A stretch of DNA of 64,000 bases, taken from the NCBI GenBank assembly GCA_903858755.1, contig CAIOKC010000029.1:1059-65058 (forward strand), given 5' to 3'. The notes under the pieces are model-generated. The model did no database searches. It saw only the letters and a list, made by a program, of their open reading frames with translations, and was not told the origin of the DNA. The translations under genes were made by a program, and so were the position numbers. The DNA is from an uncultured bacterium (lineage in GTDB: Bacteria > Patescibacteriota > Minisyncoccia > Phycocordibacterales > UBA2100). Below are positions 19,288-28,545 of this stretch, in pieces (position 1 is the first letter of the stretch; every line of letters begins with the position of its first letter).

Positions 19288-20378
19288 CCCATATCGTCAT
19301 CGCGACAGGATTGTATCCTCCGGAAATCGGCGGACCCGCGACCTTTGCTTCTTTGTTTGAGAAAGGTCTTGCGAAGCACTCGATGGCGCATACGACCATT
19401 CCTTTTTCCTCGGTGCGGTACCTTCCGAAGCTTGTGCGGCATGTGGCGTACGGATGGCGTGTGTATCGCGCTGCCTCGAGCGACAGCATCGTGCTCGCCC
19501 TCGATCCTGTGTCGGTGGGACTGCCGTCGCTTCTCGCGGCGCGCGCGCGAGGGGCTCGCTTCTTCCTTCGCGTCGGCGGCGATTATGCATGGGAACAGGC
19601 GACGCAGCGCTCATGCTACGACGACGTACCGGAATCTTTTCCCGGCGATGTACATGCCCTTCCGCTTCCCGCTCGCATCATGTACGCGGTGCAGCGGTAC
19701 GTCGCGGTGCGCGCCGAGCGCGTCTTGGTGCAAAGCACTTCGCTCGGCGCGATTGTCGCCGCGTGGGGCGTTGCCGCGAGCCGTATTTCGGTTGTCCCGA
19801 ACGGCATGAGCGCCGTCGCACTGCCCGATCGGGAAGCACTGCGGGCACGCTATGGGTGGCACGGTCCGGTCGTGGTAAGTAGCGGGCGCTTTGTGCCTTG
19901 GAAGGGGTTTGAAGCGCTCATCGATGCGGTGAAAAGCCTCGGTGATATTCCCGACCTGCATCTTGTCATCATCGGAGGCGGTCCGCTCGAGCGCGAGCTT
20001 CGCTCAAGAGCCGATGGCGCGGTGGAATTCATACCTCCGCTCCCCAAAAGCGAGCTGCTTTCCATGATCTCTGCCGCCGATGTGTTTGCACTCAATACTC
20101 GCTACGAGGGCTTCTCGCACCAAATACTCGAAGCGATGAGCGTCGGCACGCCGGTCGTCACGACCGCGATTCCCGGAAACGCCGATCTTGTCGTGGGGGA
20201 GACCGCGCTTTCAGTGCCATGGAATGACACTCGCGCGCTTGCGGATTCGGTGCGGCGCGTCATCGAGGATCCGGCACTCGCGCGCTCGCTCTCCCTTCGC
20301 GCCCGTGCGCACGCGGAGCAATTCACCCCCGAGCGCACCTTCCGCGAGTCTTGCGCGGCGCTCGGAATCTCGGTGTAG
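19284..20378 (+). CDS. Glycosyltransferase family 4
   Basis: YPPEIGGPA, GRFVPWKG, YEGFSHQILEAM. Confidence 0.92.
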   Translation: MTHIVIATGLYPPEIGGPATFASLFEKGLAKHSMAHTTIPFSSVRYLPKLVRHVAYGWRVYRAASSDSIVLALDPVSVGLPSLLAARARGARFFLRVGGDYAWEQATQRSCYDDVPESFPGDVHALPLPARIMYAVQRYVAVRAERVLVQSTSLGAIVAAWGVAASRISVVPNGMSAVALPDREALRARYGWHGPVVVSSGRFVPWKGFEALIDAVKSLGDIPDLHLVIIGGGPLERELRSRADGAVEFIPPLPKSELLSMISAADVFALNTRYEGFSHQILEAMSVGTPVVTTAIPGNADLVVGETALSVPWNDTRALADSVRRVIEDPALARSLSLRARAHAEQFTPERTFRESCAALGISV

Positions 20379-20419
20379 GTTTTCTTGAAAAGCACCCATA
20401 AAGCGGCTACACTGCGCGC

Positions 20420-22381
20420 ATGCGGGTCCTCTCCATCTCCACCGACTGGAACGTATTTGACGAAAACAGCGTCGTCGCTCGGCGACAGCGGATGCAAGCC
20501 TCGACTCTTGAGCGGCTTGAGGTCTTCGTGCCGCATGGTCCGAAAGCGCTTGTCCACCTTGCGCCGAATGCCACCATGCGCGGTTTTGGTCTTGGCAAAG
20601 TGCTCGGCACGCCGCGCAGTATGCTCGCGGCGATGCGGATCCCGCGCCCTGATGTCGTATCCGTCCAGGATCCGTTTTTGATCGGTCTCATCGGTCTTTG
20701 TATCGCGCGTCTGCGGGGCTCGAAGCTGCATGTGCAGATTCACACGGATCCTTTCGACCCGAAGTTTGCCGCGCATTCGCTCACGAATCGCTTCTATGTG
20801 CTTCTCGCGCGCTTCGTCCTCTCGCAAGCGGATGCGGTGCGCGTCGTGTCGGAGAGAATCAAAAAGACGCTCGCGCCGCTTGCGCTCACGGTGCCGGTGT
20901 CGGTGCTGCCGATTTTCATCGATCGCGACGCGATCGCGCGCGCAAAACCGCTCGACAAGAAAAAAGAGTTTCCCGATTTCCAGAAAATCGTCCTCGTCGT
21001 ATCGCGGCTTGAGCCCGAGAAACAGGTCGGGGCGGCGATCCGCGCGTTTGCAGAGATCGTGAAGGCGCAGCCGGGCGCGGGACTCGTCGTCGTCGGCGAT
21101 GGCAGCGAATCCGCGGCATTGCGCTCACTCGCTCGATCCCTCGGCGTCGAGAAGCGCGCGGTATTTGCCGGAGCACGCGATCCTTTTCCTTTCTACAAGA
21201 CCGCCGACGTCCTCCTTCTCACATCTGATTTCGAAGGGTACGGCATGGTCATTGTCGAAGCTCTCGCTGCGGGGTGCCCGGTCGTCTCATATGATGTCGG
21301 CGTCGCTCCCGAAGCGGGCGCGATCATCGCTGCTCCGGAGGACCTCGCTCGCGTCGCCTCCGCGACGCTTTCGGAAGGTCGCCGCGGCGTCCTTGCACTC
21401 GAACTTCCAGATGAAATCACCTACCGCGATATGTGGCGCTCTGAGATCGGTTCGGCTCTCGCGGGAGAGATGCAAGCCGCCGCTTCGGAGAGAAGCGCCG
21501 CCGCTCTCATCGGATATATCGGACAGGGCTTTATCGGGAAGAATTATGCGGACGATCTCGAGCGGCGAGGATTCACCGTGGTGCGCTACGCGCTCGAGGA
21601 GCCGTACCGCGCCAATAAAGAAAAGATACGCGAGTGCGACATCGTATTCATCGCCGTGCCGACCCCGACGACTCCCGAGAGATTTGACGATTCGATCGTA
21701 CGGAGCGCGCTTGGCTTGGTGGGGAAAGGCAAGACGGCGGTCGTCAAGTCGACGATGCTTCCGGGTAAGACGGAGGAGCTTCAGCGCGCATTCCCCGGCA
21801 TATTCGTTTTCCATTCGCCCGAATTTTTGCGCGAAGCAACCGCCGCATATGATGCAGCGCATCCGGATCGCAATATCGTCGGCATTCCAGAAGATACTCC
21901 CGAAGCGCGCGTGCGCGCGGAAAAGGTCCTCGATGTCCTTCCGTATGCGCCCTTCCGCCTCGTGTGCTCATCTCTCGAAGCGGAGTTTGTGAAGTATGCC
22001 GGCAATAGCTGGCTTTTTACGAAGGTGGTGTACATCAACATGATGTACGACCTTGTGGCAAAGCTCGGTGCGAGATACGAGGTCGTGCGCGATGCGCTCG
22101 CGGCGGATCCGCGTATCGGTCGCAGCCACCTTGATCCGATACACCAGAGCGGGCACGGAGGGAAGCCGGGTCGCGGTGCCGGCGGGCACTGCCTCATCAA
22201 AGACTTCGAGGCGCTCCGGAGATTGTATGAGCGCGAGGTCGGGGACGCCTTCGGCGCGAACGCGCTTGATGCGCTTGCGGCAAAAAATATCGATTTGCTC
22301 TTGCAGAGCGGGAAGGATCTCGACCTCCTGAAGGGAGTCTATGGGTCTCCCGAGAGCGAACGAGACCGACTCTGTCGATAG
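20420..22381 (+). CDS. GT4 fused to a UDP-glucose/GDP-mannose dehydrogenase-family domain
   Basis: EGYGMVIVEALAAG; then GYIGQGFIG, IAVPTP, KSTMLPG, SPEFLRE, GAGGHCLIKD. Confidence 0.88.
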   Translation: MRVLSISTDWNVFDENSVVARRQRMQASTLERLEVFVPHGPKALVHLAPNATMRGFGLGKVLGTPRSMLAAMRIPRPDVVSVQDPFLIGLIGLCIARLRGSKLHVQIHTDPFDPKFAAHSLTNRFYVLLARFVLSQADAVRVVSERIKKTLAPLALTVPVSVLPIFIDRDAIARAKPLDKKKEFPDFQKIVLVVSRLEPEKQVGAAIRAFAEIVKAQPGAGLVVVGDGSESAALRSLARSLGVEKRAVFAGARDPFPFYKTADVLLLTSDFEGYGMVIVEALAAGCPVVSYDVGVAPEAGAIIAAPEDLARVASATLSEGRRGVLALELPDEITYRDMWRSEIGSALAGEMQAAASERSAAALIGYIGQGFIGKNYADDLERRGFTVVRYALEEPYRANKEKIRECDIVFIAVPTPTTPERFDDSIVRSALGLVGKGKTAVVKSTMLPGKTEELQRAFPGIFVFHSPEFLREATAAYDAAHPDRNIVGIPEDTPEARVRAEKVLDVLPYAPFRLVCSSLEAEFVKYAGNSWLFTKVVYINMMYDLVAKLGARYEVVRDALAADPRIGRSHLDPIHQSGHGGKPGRGAGGHCLIKDFEALRRLYEREVGDAFGANALDALAAKNIDLLLQSGKDLDLLKGVYGSPESERDRLCR

Positions 22382-22384
22382 CAC

Positions 22385-23407
22385 ATGAAGCTTCTCGTAC
22401 TCACACAGGCGATCGATACCGACGACCCGGCACTCGGGTTTTTCCATTCGTGGGTGGCGGAGCTCTCGAGGCATTTTTCCTCCATTGTCGTCGTTTGTCT
22501 GAAAGAAGGCGCACACGCGCTCCCCTCGAACGTCCGCGTGCTCTCGCTCGGAAAAGAGAGGAGCGCATCGCGCGCCATGTATCTCCTCCGCCTTTTCTCA
22601 TACGCGTGGAACGAACGAAAGGGCTACGACGCGGTATTTGTGCACCAAAACCAAGAATATGTCCTCCTCGTAGGGCTTCTCTGGAAGTCGCTCGGGAAAC
22701 AGATATTCATGTGGCGTAATCACTATGCAGGCTCGATTCTCACGTCTATCGCGGGCATGTTTTGCGCGAAGGTCTTTTACACATCGAAGCACTCGTACAC
22801 CGCGCGCCTCTCGAATGCGGTGCAAATGCCGGTCGGCGTAGACACCGATGTGTTTAAGCCGGGCGGGGATCGCGCTCCGCGCTCGATTCTTTTCCTCGGG
22901 CGCATAGCTCCCTCAAAGCACCCCGATGTGCTCGTCGAAGCTCTCGGGCTTTTGCATACTCGCGGCGTGGATTTTACCGCGTCGCTCTACGGTCCGACGC
23001 TCCCCAAAGACGAGTCGTATCGAGCGGCTCTCTCGCGAAGGATCCGGGAGCTCGGTCTCGCGTCCAAGGTGTCGCTTCATGAGGGCGTGCAGCATTCGGA
23101 GACATCGAGGCTCTACGCGTCGCACGAGGTATTCGTGAATCTCTCGGAATCCGGCATGTACGACAAGACGCTCTTCGAAGCTGCGGCGAGCGGCTGTATC
23201 GTCGTTTCCCGAAGCGACGATTTCGCGCATGCGTTCAGCGAATGCTTCACCTTCGACGGCTCCGCGGAATCTCTCGCAGATGCGCTTGAGGAAGGTATCC
23301 GTATGCCGGCAGCCGAAGGGGAGGAGGTGTTCCGCGCGCTCCGCGCGGTAGCGGAATCCAATAGTCTGCGCGCGCTCGGCGACCGGCTTGCGGAGGAAAT
23401 CGTATGA
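22385..23407 (+). CDS. Glycosyltransferase family 4
   Basis: GRIAPSK, DKTLFEAAASG. Confidence 0.88.
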   Translation: MKLLVLTQAIDTDDPALGFFHSWVAELSRHFSSIVVVCLKEGAHALPSNVRVLSLGKERSASRAMYLLRLFSYAWNERKGYDAVFVHQNQEYVLLVGLLWKSLGKQIFMWRNHYAGSILTSIAGMFCAKVFYTSKHSYTARLSNAVQMPVGVDTDVFKPGGDRAPRSILFLGRIAPSKHPDVLVEALGLLHTRGVDFTASLYGPTLPKDESYRAALSRRIRELGLASKVSLHEGVQHSETSRLYASHEVFVNLSESGMYDKTLFEAAASGCIVVSRSDDFAHAFSECFTFDGSAESLADALEEGIRMPAAEGEEVFRALRAVAESNSLRALGDRLAEEIV

Positions 23408-24189
23408 GCGAGAAGATTCCATGCACAGTCGCGATTCTTACCAGAAATTCAGCCGGTACGCTGGCGCGCGCCCTCGAAGGGGTGAAAGATTTCTCAGACA
23501 TCATCGTGTGTGATGGCGCTTCGACAGATGCGACACTCGATATCGCGCAAAGGTACGGTGCAAACGCCATCCTGCAGAGTCAGGCATTTCTTGACGAGAC
23601 AGGTCGCATAAAGGATTTCGCCGGCATACGCAATCAGACGCTTGCGGCGGCGAAGGAGCAGTGGTTCTTTTTTCTTGACGCAGACGAGTACGTCCTTCCT
23701 CGGTTTGCAGATGCCCTTCGGGAGGTTATCCGAGACAGCGCATATGCGTACTGGGTGCCACGCAAATACGTCCTAGCGGGTGCGATTATTGATCGCTCGG
23801 TTGGTTATCCTAATCGTCAGATGCGCCTCTTTCACCGGACATGCGTTTCCGGATTCAGAAAACCAGTGCATGAAAAGGTCGTTTTGAAAGAATCGTCCTT
23901 GATGAAAGAGTTTCCGGAGCCGATCTTGGTGCCAATAGAAAGTTCTATCGAAGATCAGCGCACCAAGAACGCTCGGTATGTCGCGATCGAATTGAAGCGA
24001 CTGGCTCCCCTTACGTTTGCTGTGCGCGCTCGTATCGTCATGCATGCCGCAAAAATCGTGATGCTCTATATGGCGCGCATTGTTCGCGACACGCTCCCGC
24101 CGTATCGAGGGGCGCGTATGCCACTTCGCCGAGATCTTGAGGCAATTCGGTATCAGTGTGTTCTCGCGTGGGGCGCTTGTACGGCATGA
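23404..24189 (+). CDS. Glycosyltransferase family 2
   Basis: DGASTDAT, RNQTL, FLDADE, VHE. Confidence 0.9.
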   Translation: MSEKIPCTVAILTRNSAGTLARALEGVKDFSDIIVCDGASTDATLDIAQRYGANAILQSQAFLDETGRIKDFAGIRNQTLAAAKEQWFFFLDADEYVLPRFADALREVIRDSAYAYWVPRKYVLAGAIIDRSVGYPNRQMRLFHRTCVSGFRKPVHEKVVLKESSLMKEFPEPILVPIESSIEDQRTKNARYVAIELKRLAPLTFAVRARIVMHAAKIVMLYMARIVRDTLPPYRGARMPLRRDLEAIRYQCVLAWGACTA

Positions 24190-25253
24190 AAGTAGTCGTG
24201 ATGCACCAGAATATGCGGATAGGCGGTATACAACGTCTGATTGCGGACGGTGTAAACGAAATGCACCGACGAGGCATTGAAGTGTGGGTGGTATTTTTTG
24301 AACCCGAGGAAGGGGGCTCTCTTGTGCCGACGCTCCATATCCCGCGAGACCATATCGTATATATCCCATACGGGCGCATGCGCGAAGCGCGACGCTTCTT
24401 CGTGCTTGTCCGTTTTCTGTACACGCTGAAGCCGGATGTACTCTTTACGCACCACTGGTTTGCTAATACGGTTGGGCGACTGGCAGGGTTGATTGCAGGA
24501 GTGCGAGTGATTCCCTTCGAACACAGCGATTATTCCTCACGCTATTCGCAGAAACAACTCTTGCTGGATCGAGCCTTGCAATCGATCTCTTCTCGTATAG
24601 TCGCGGTGTCGCAACCGGTACGAGATGCACTCATCTTGCGAGGTATACGGGGCAGTCGGATTGTTGTGATACCAAACGGGATCAGTCGGGAGCGTTTCGC
24701 GACGATACAAAAAAGGTCGCATCCCGTTTTCACGTTTTTGTTTATCGGAAGACTCATTCGCGATAAATGCGTTGCGGATATTCTGTATGCACTCGCGAGA
24801 GTGCCCCATGCCAGGCTTGTGGTCGTTGGTTCCGGGGAGGAGGAAGCTTCACTTCGCTCGCTTACGCAAACACTTCAGCTCACGGAGAGAGTTTCTTTTC
24901 TCGACGAGCGTCCCAATGTGGAAGATGAGCTGGCTGTCGTGGATTGCCTGGTGCTTCCATCGCGACGAGAAGGGTTCGGTCTCGTCGTGGTCGAGGCACT
25001 TGCCTCCGGCGTTCCCGCAATCGTGTCGGATACTGCGAATGCCTCCGGCGCAGTGAAAAATGGCGTGAATGGATTTGTGGTGCCTTCAGAGGATATCGAT
25101 GCACTTTCCGCAGCGATGGCGCGTATCGCCTCTCACGCAGAAGAACATAAGCTGCTTGCGGCGAGCGCTCGCGACAGTGTCGATCAGTTCTCAATTGAAA
25201 GGCATGTCGACCGCCTTCTTCTTTTGGCAGGAAACCGCGCGTGTCGGTATTGA
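24186..25253 (+). CDS. Glycosyltransferase family 4
   Basis: IGGIQR, PSRREGFGLVVVEALASG. Confidence 0.9.
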   Translation: MKVVVMHQNMRIGGIQRLIADGVNEMHRRGIEVWVVFFEPEEGGSLVPTLHIPRDHIVYIPYGRMREARRFFVLVRFLYTLKPDVLFTHHWFANTVGRLAGLIAGVRVIPFEHSDYSSRYSQKQLLLDRALQSISSRIVAVSQPVRDALILRGIRGSRIVVIPNGISRERFATIQKRSHPVFTFLFIGRLIRDKCVADILYALARVPHARLVVVGSGEEEASLRSLTQTLQLTERVSFLDERPNVEDELAVVDCLVLPSRREGFGLVVVEALASGVPAIVSDTANASGAVKNGVNGFVVPSEDIDALSAAMARIASHAEEHKLLAASARDSVDQFSIERHVDRLLLLAGNRACRY

Positions 25254-25277
25254 CGGAGGTGATACTTGTGTTATAAT
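25250..25277 (+). promoter_or_regulatory. sigma70-type promoter
   Basis: TTGACG-16 nt-TATAAT. Confidence 0.65.
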
Positions 25278-25313
25278 GGAAATCGGCTAAACGGAGAAAG
25301 GGGAGTGTCGGTC

Positions 25314-26024
25314 ATGACCGATACGGAGTACTATCACAATCTTGCGGTCGCTCAGACCATGCTGCTCTCGGATACGAAGCCTCCGGGCACGTTTGACGCC
25401 CTGTACATTCCCGGTCTCAGCGTGGGAATGATCGAGTCAGGTAAATTGTTGCAGCATCTGTCGGAGCAGTACAGACGCTGTGGAAAACCTCTGATCGTGT
25501 TTAACGGCTCCGATGGAGAGCGCTTCTCGCACAATGAAGGAGGCGATCAAGATCGACCTATGGGCAAGGAGCCAGGTGCCGGCTGGTCTGGTAAATGGTA
25601 CTACTTTGAGCGACTGTGTGACCTTGGCGTGCCTCACTCTGCTCTGCAAATAACTGGACCTGGCTATCATACACGGCACGAAATGGCGCAGCTCGTCGCT
25701 GCCGCGAGGCAGTACGACTGGAAGTTGGTGGGCATTGTGACTGTCCCGTGGCATTACGCAAGCGTCTTTACAATGCTTGTGGATGCGATGAAGAAGAAAG
25801 ACCATTTCTTTGCCGCATATGCCATGCCGCCCGCGCATACTAATTGGCTGCAGCAAGGTATGGCGGGTTCGCAAGGACTCGAGAAAACGACTCCTGGCGC
25901 AGAAACGTCGAAGTATCTGGAAAAACTTGCCGGCTACCAAAAAGGCGGACGGGCATGTTCTTTCGGGGAGTTGTTCGATTACCTGCATCATCGGGAGGAT
26001 ATCGCGCGACAGGATGCCGCGTGA
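25314..26024 (+). CDS. Hypothetical protein, weakly YdcF/DUF218-like
   Basis: LGVP..AL, HTRHE, IVTVPWH resemble DUF218 motifs; purine-rich RBS upstream. Confidence 0.55.
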   Translation: MTDTEYYHNLAVAQTMLLSDTKPPGTFDALYIPGLSVGMIESGKLLQHLSEQYRRCGKPLIVFNGSDGERFSHNEGGDQDRPMGKEPGAGWSGKWYYFERLCDLGVPHSALQITGPGYHTRHEMAQLVAAARQYDWKLVGIVTVPWHYASVFTMLVDAMKKKDHFFAAYAMPPAHTNWLQQGMAGSQGLEKTTPGAETSKYLEKLAGYQKGGRACSFGELFDYLHHREDIARQDAA

Positions 26025-26051
26025 TAATCCGCTACCGATCACGCAAGTCTT

Positions 26052-26083
26052 AAAAAGAGCCCGGCAGATCGCTGGGCTCTTTT
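26052..26083. terminator. Intrinsic terminator, potentially bidirectional
   Basis: AAAAAGAGCCCGGC-AGATC-GCTGGGCTCTTTT. Confidence 0.8.
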
Positions 26084-26124
26084 ATTGCACCTTACTGCGC
26101 ACAACGCTATGCTTGCGATACAGT

Positions 26125-27597
26125 ATGGATTTCATACGCGACGCGCGGCTGGCACTCAAGGCAGAATTCGCGCCCCTTCTCGTCGGGGTTATTTTTGTCG
26201 TTTATGCGGGTACATACCAACTCACCGATAGTCCTGCAATCTGGTATGACGAAGGTTTCTATACGCAGCTCGCGATGAATCTTGCAGAGGGGAGAGGGCA
26301 GGTGCTCCAAATCGCGCCTGAGACGTTTGTCTCCGCTGCCGGGGTGACGGCAGGGTATCCCCTCGTCGGGCCAGTCGCCCTCTCGTACCGCGTATTTGGG
26401 ACAGGCGTTCTTCAGGGTCGGATAGTGATGGTAATTTTTCTTGTGCTCTTCATAGGTGTCGTCTACGCGCTCGCTCGCGCGCTTTTTGGAATATGGGACG
26501 CACTTCTCGCGCTTGCGGTTATCGCAACATACCCTGTTTTATATGGCAATGGGAAGAGCGTGCTCGGAGAGGTCCCGGGTCTTTTTTTCTTGGTGCTTAC
26601 GCTTCTAGCTCTCGTATGGCTTGAGCGTAGCGATTGGCGCGATTGGCGTGCGTACGCGCTGACCGGGTGTGCGGCAGGAATGTGCGTCGCCACAAAACCA
26701 ATCTTTATCATGCTCGGTCCAGCGGGCATTATCCCCGTGCTTGTCGCGAGTCGTGTGCGTGCGCTTTCGCTGCGCGGCGTCCTGATCACTGTATCGACAT
26801 TTGCGATGCCAATCATTGCGTGGTTCTTCATGCAGTTCGGACCAGGAGATTCTCTTGCCTCCGTACTTTCATTTTATGCGAATCCGTATGAGTACACGAC
26901 GGTCGGCATCGCCCCCATGATGCTCTCAAATGCGTGGCGTTTCCTGACGGAGTTGAGTCCATTGTATACGCTGGCATTTATCGTGATGTGGGGCGCCGGT
27001 CTGTTCGCACGCGTGCACAAGAAAGAGAGAATCTCTGTAGCAGAGTGGGTCGCGCTTGCGTTCTCCCTTTTCGTTCTTTTCTTTTTCCTTCGTACTCCTG
27101 GATGGTATCGTTATTTTTTCCCCGCAACGATGATGGCACTTCTTTTTGCACCACGCGCGCTTCGCACGACGTTCGAGCTTGCTGCGAATCGTACTCGATT
27201 TTCAGGGTATGGCGCATGGGCAGCGGGGATGGTCGTTCTTGCACTCGCATCAATACAAATATACCAGCTTCGTTGGGATTCATGGGTCGCGAGCTATTAT
27301 GGAAGCACCCGTACCGAAGACGTGCAGGCATACCTTTCGTCGATTTCGCACTCGGAAATCGTCTTCCTCTACAATGTACCCGAAGTGGCGATATTGCTGC
27401 CTTCGCGCAACTATCACCAATACCTTATCCCTCATCCGGGGCAAATAATTGGTGGGGAGGAGCTCTCGCTGATCGAGAAAGGGGGAGCCGATCTCGTGAT
27501 TATCAATCGCGAGACCTATGAGAACAACACGGCGCCCTTTGCGAAGTACCGCGTTAGAGGTACAGTGAGCCGGTACGCAATCCTCGAATCCTTATGA
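26125..27597 (+). CDS. ArnT/PMT-like (GT-C) membrane glycosyltransferase
   Basis: WYDEGFY after TM1, LGEVP, ATKP, WYRYFFP; multiple TM helices. Confidence 0.82.
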   Translation: MDFIRDARLALKAEFAPLLVGVIFVVYAGTYQLTDSPAIWYDEGFYTQLAMNLAEGRGQVLQIAPETFVSAAGVTAGYPLVGPVALSYRVFGTGVLQGRIVMVIFLVLFIGVVYALARALFGIWDALLALAVIATYPVLYGNGKSVLGEVPGLFFLVLTLLALVWLERSDWRDWRAYALTGCAAGMCVATKPIFIMLGPAGIIPVLVASRVRALSLRGVLITVSTFAMPIIAWFFMQFGPGDSLASVLSFYANPYEYTTVGIAPMMLSNAWRFLTELSPLYTLAFIVMWGAGLFARVHKKERISVAEWVALAFSLFVLFFFLRTPGWYRYFFPATMMALLFAPRALRTTFELAANRTRFSGYGAWAAGMVVLALASIQIYQLRWDSWVASYYGSTRTEDVQAYLSSISHSEIVFLYNVPEVAILLPSRNYHQYLIPHPGQIIGGEELSLIEKGGADLVIINRETYENNTAPFAKYRVRGTVSRYAILESL

Positions 27598-28544
27598 AAA
27601 AGCGACTCTTTTCGGTCGTCGTGCCAGTTTGCAACGAAGCGGATTCGCTTGAGCGACTCTATCGAGAGCTCTGCACAGTGTTTGAGAGTGTGCCGTACGA
27701 GCCGGAGTTTATCTTTGTTGACGACGGTTCGACGGATGCGAGCCCGCACATTCTGCAGCAACTCTCCGTCGGTGATACGCGAGTGAAATATATCCAATTT
27801 TCACGAAATTTTGGGAAAGAGGCGGCGACATCTGCGGGTCTCAGCTATGCGCGGGGCGACGCGGCGCTCATGATCGATGCCGATCTTCAGCATCCGCCGC
27901 AGCTTATACCGGAATTTATAGAGAAATGGGAAGAGGGTGCCGAGATTGTGGTGGGAATACGTCGACCCCGCGCGGCAGAAAGTTTCCTGCGCCGGACAGG
28001 TTCCCGCATGTTCACAGCAATCATGAATATGATTGGCGATTCGTATGCGCCGCAAGGATCGACTGATTTTCGCCTACTCGATGCTGCGATAATAAAAGCA
28101 TTTCGCGCTTTTACGGAACGGGGGCGAATGACCCGTGCGCTCATCGACTGGCTCGGTTTCAAGCGCGCTTACATACACTTTGATGCGGCGGAGCGCTCCG
28201 ATGGTTCCGCGCGCTATCGCTATGGAGGGCTTGCTCGTCTTGCTCTCACCACGATCGTCGCGCATAGCAGGCTGCCACTTCGTCTGGCGGGATATCTTGG
28301 CGCTCTCATCATCTTTCTTGCGGGTTGCCTCGGACTTTTCGTGATTATCGAGCAATTCATGCTCGGTGATCCGCTTCATATCGAGGTTTCCGGCACGGCG
28401 ATGCTCGCTATCATGATACTTTTTCTCAACGGCATCGTACTCGTCTCGCTCGGGCTGATGTCGCTCTATATAGGCACAATCCACGAAGAGACCATGCATC
28501 GCCCGCTGTTCGTCGTCAGGAGGATATTAAACATCGAGGAGTAG
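27594..28544 (+). CDS. GT2 polyprenol-phosphate glycosyltransferase (GtrB/ArnC-like)
   Basis: VDDGSTD, SRNFGKEAA, IDADLQHPP, DFRLLD, two C-terminal TM, RPLF. Confidence 0.92.
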   Translation: MKKRLFSVVVPVCNEADSLERLYRELCTVFESVPYEPEFIFVDDGSTDASPHILQQLSVGDTRVKYIQFSRNFGKEAATSAGLSYARGDAALMIDADLQHPPQLIPEFIEKWEEGAEIVVGIRRPRAAESFLRRTGSRMFTAIMNMIGDSYAPQGSTDFRLLDAAIIKAFRAFTERGRMTRALIDWLGFKRAYIHFDAAERSDGSARYRYGGLARLALTTIVAHSRLPLRLAGYLGALIIFLAGCLGLFVIIEQFMLGDPLHIEVSGTAMLAIMILFLNGIVLVSLGLMSLYIGTIHEETMHRPLFVVRRILNIEE

Positions 28545-28545
28545 T

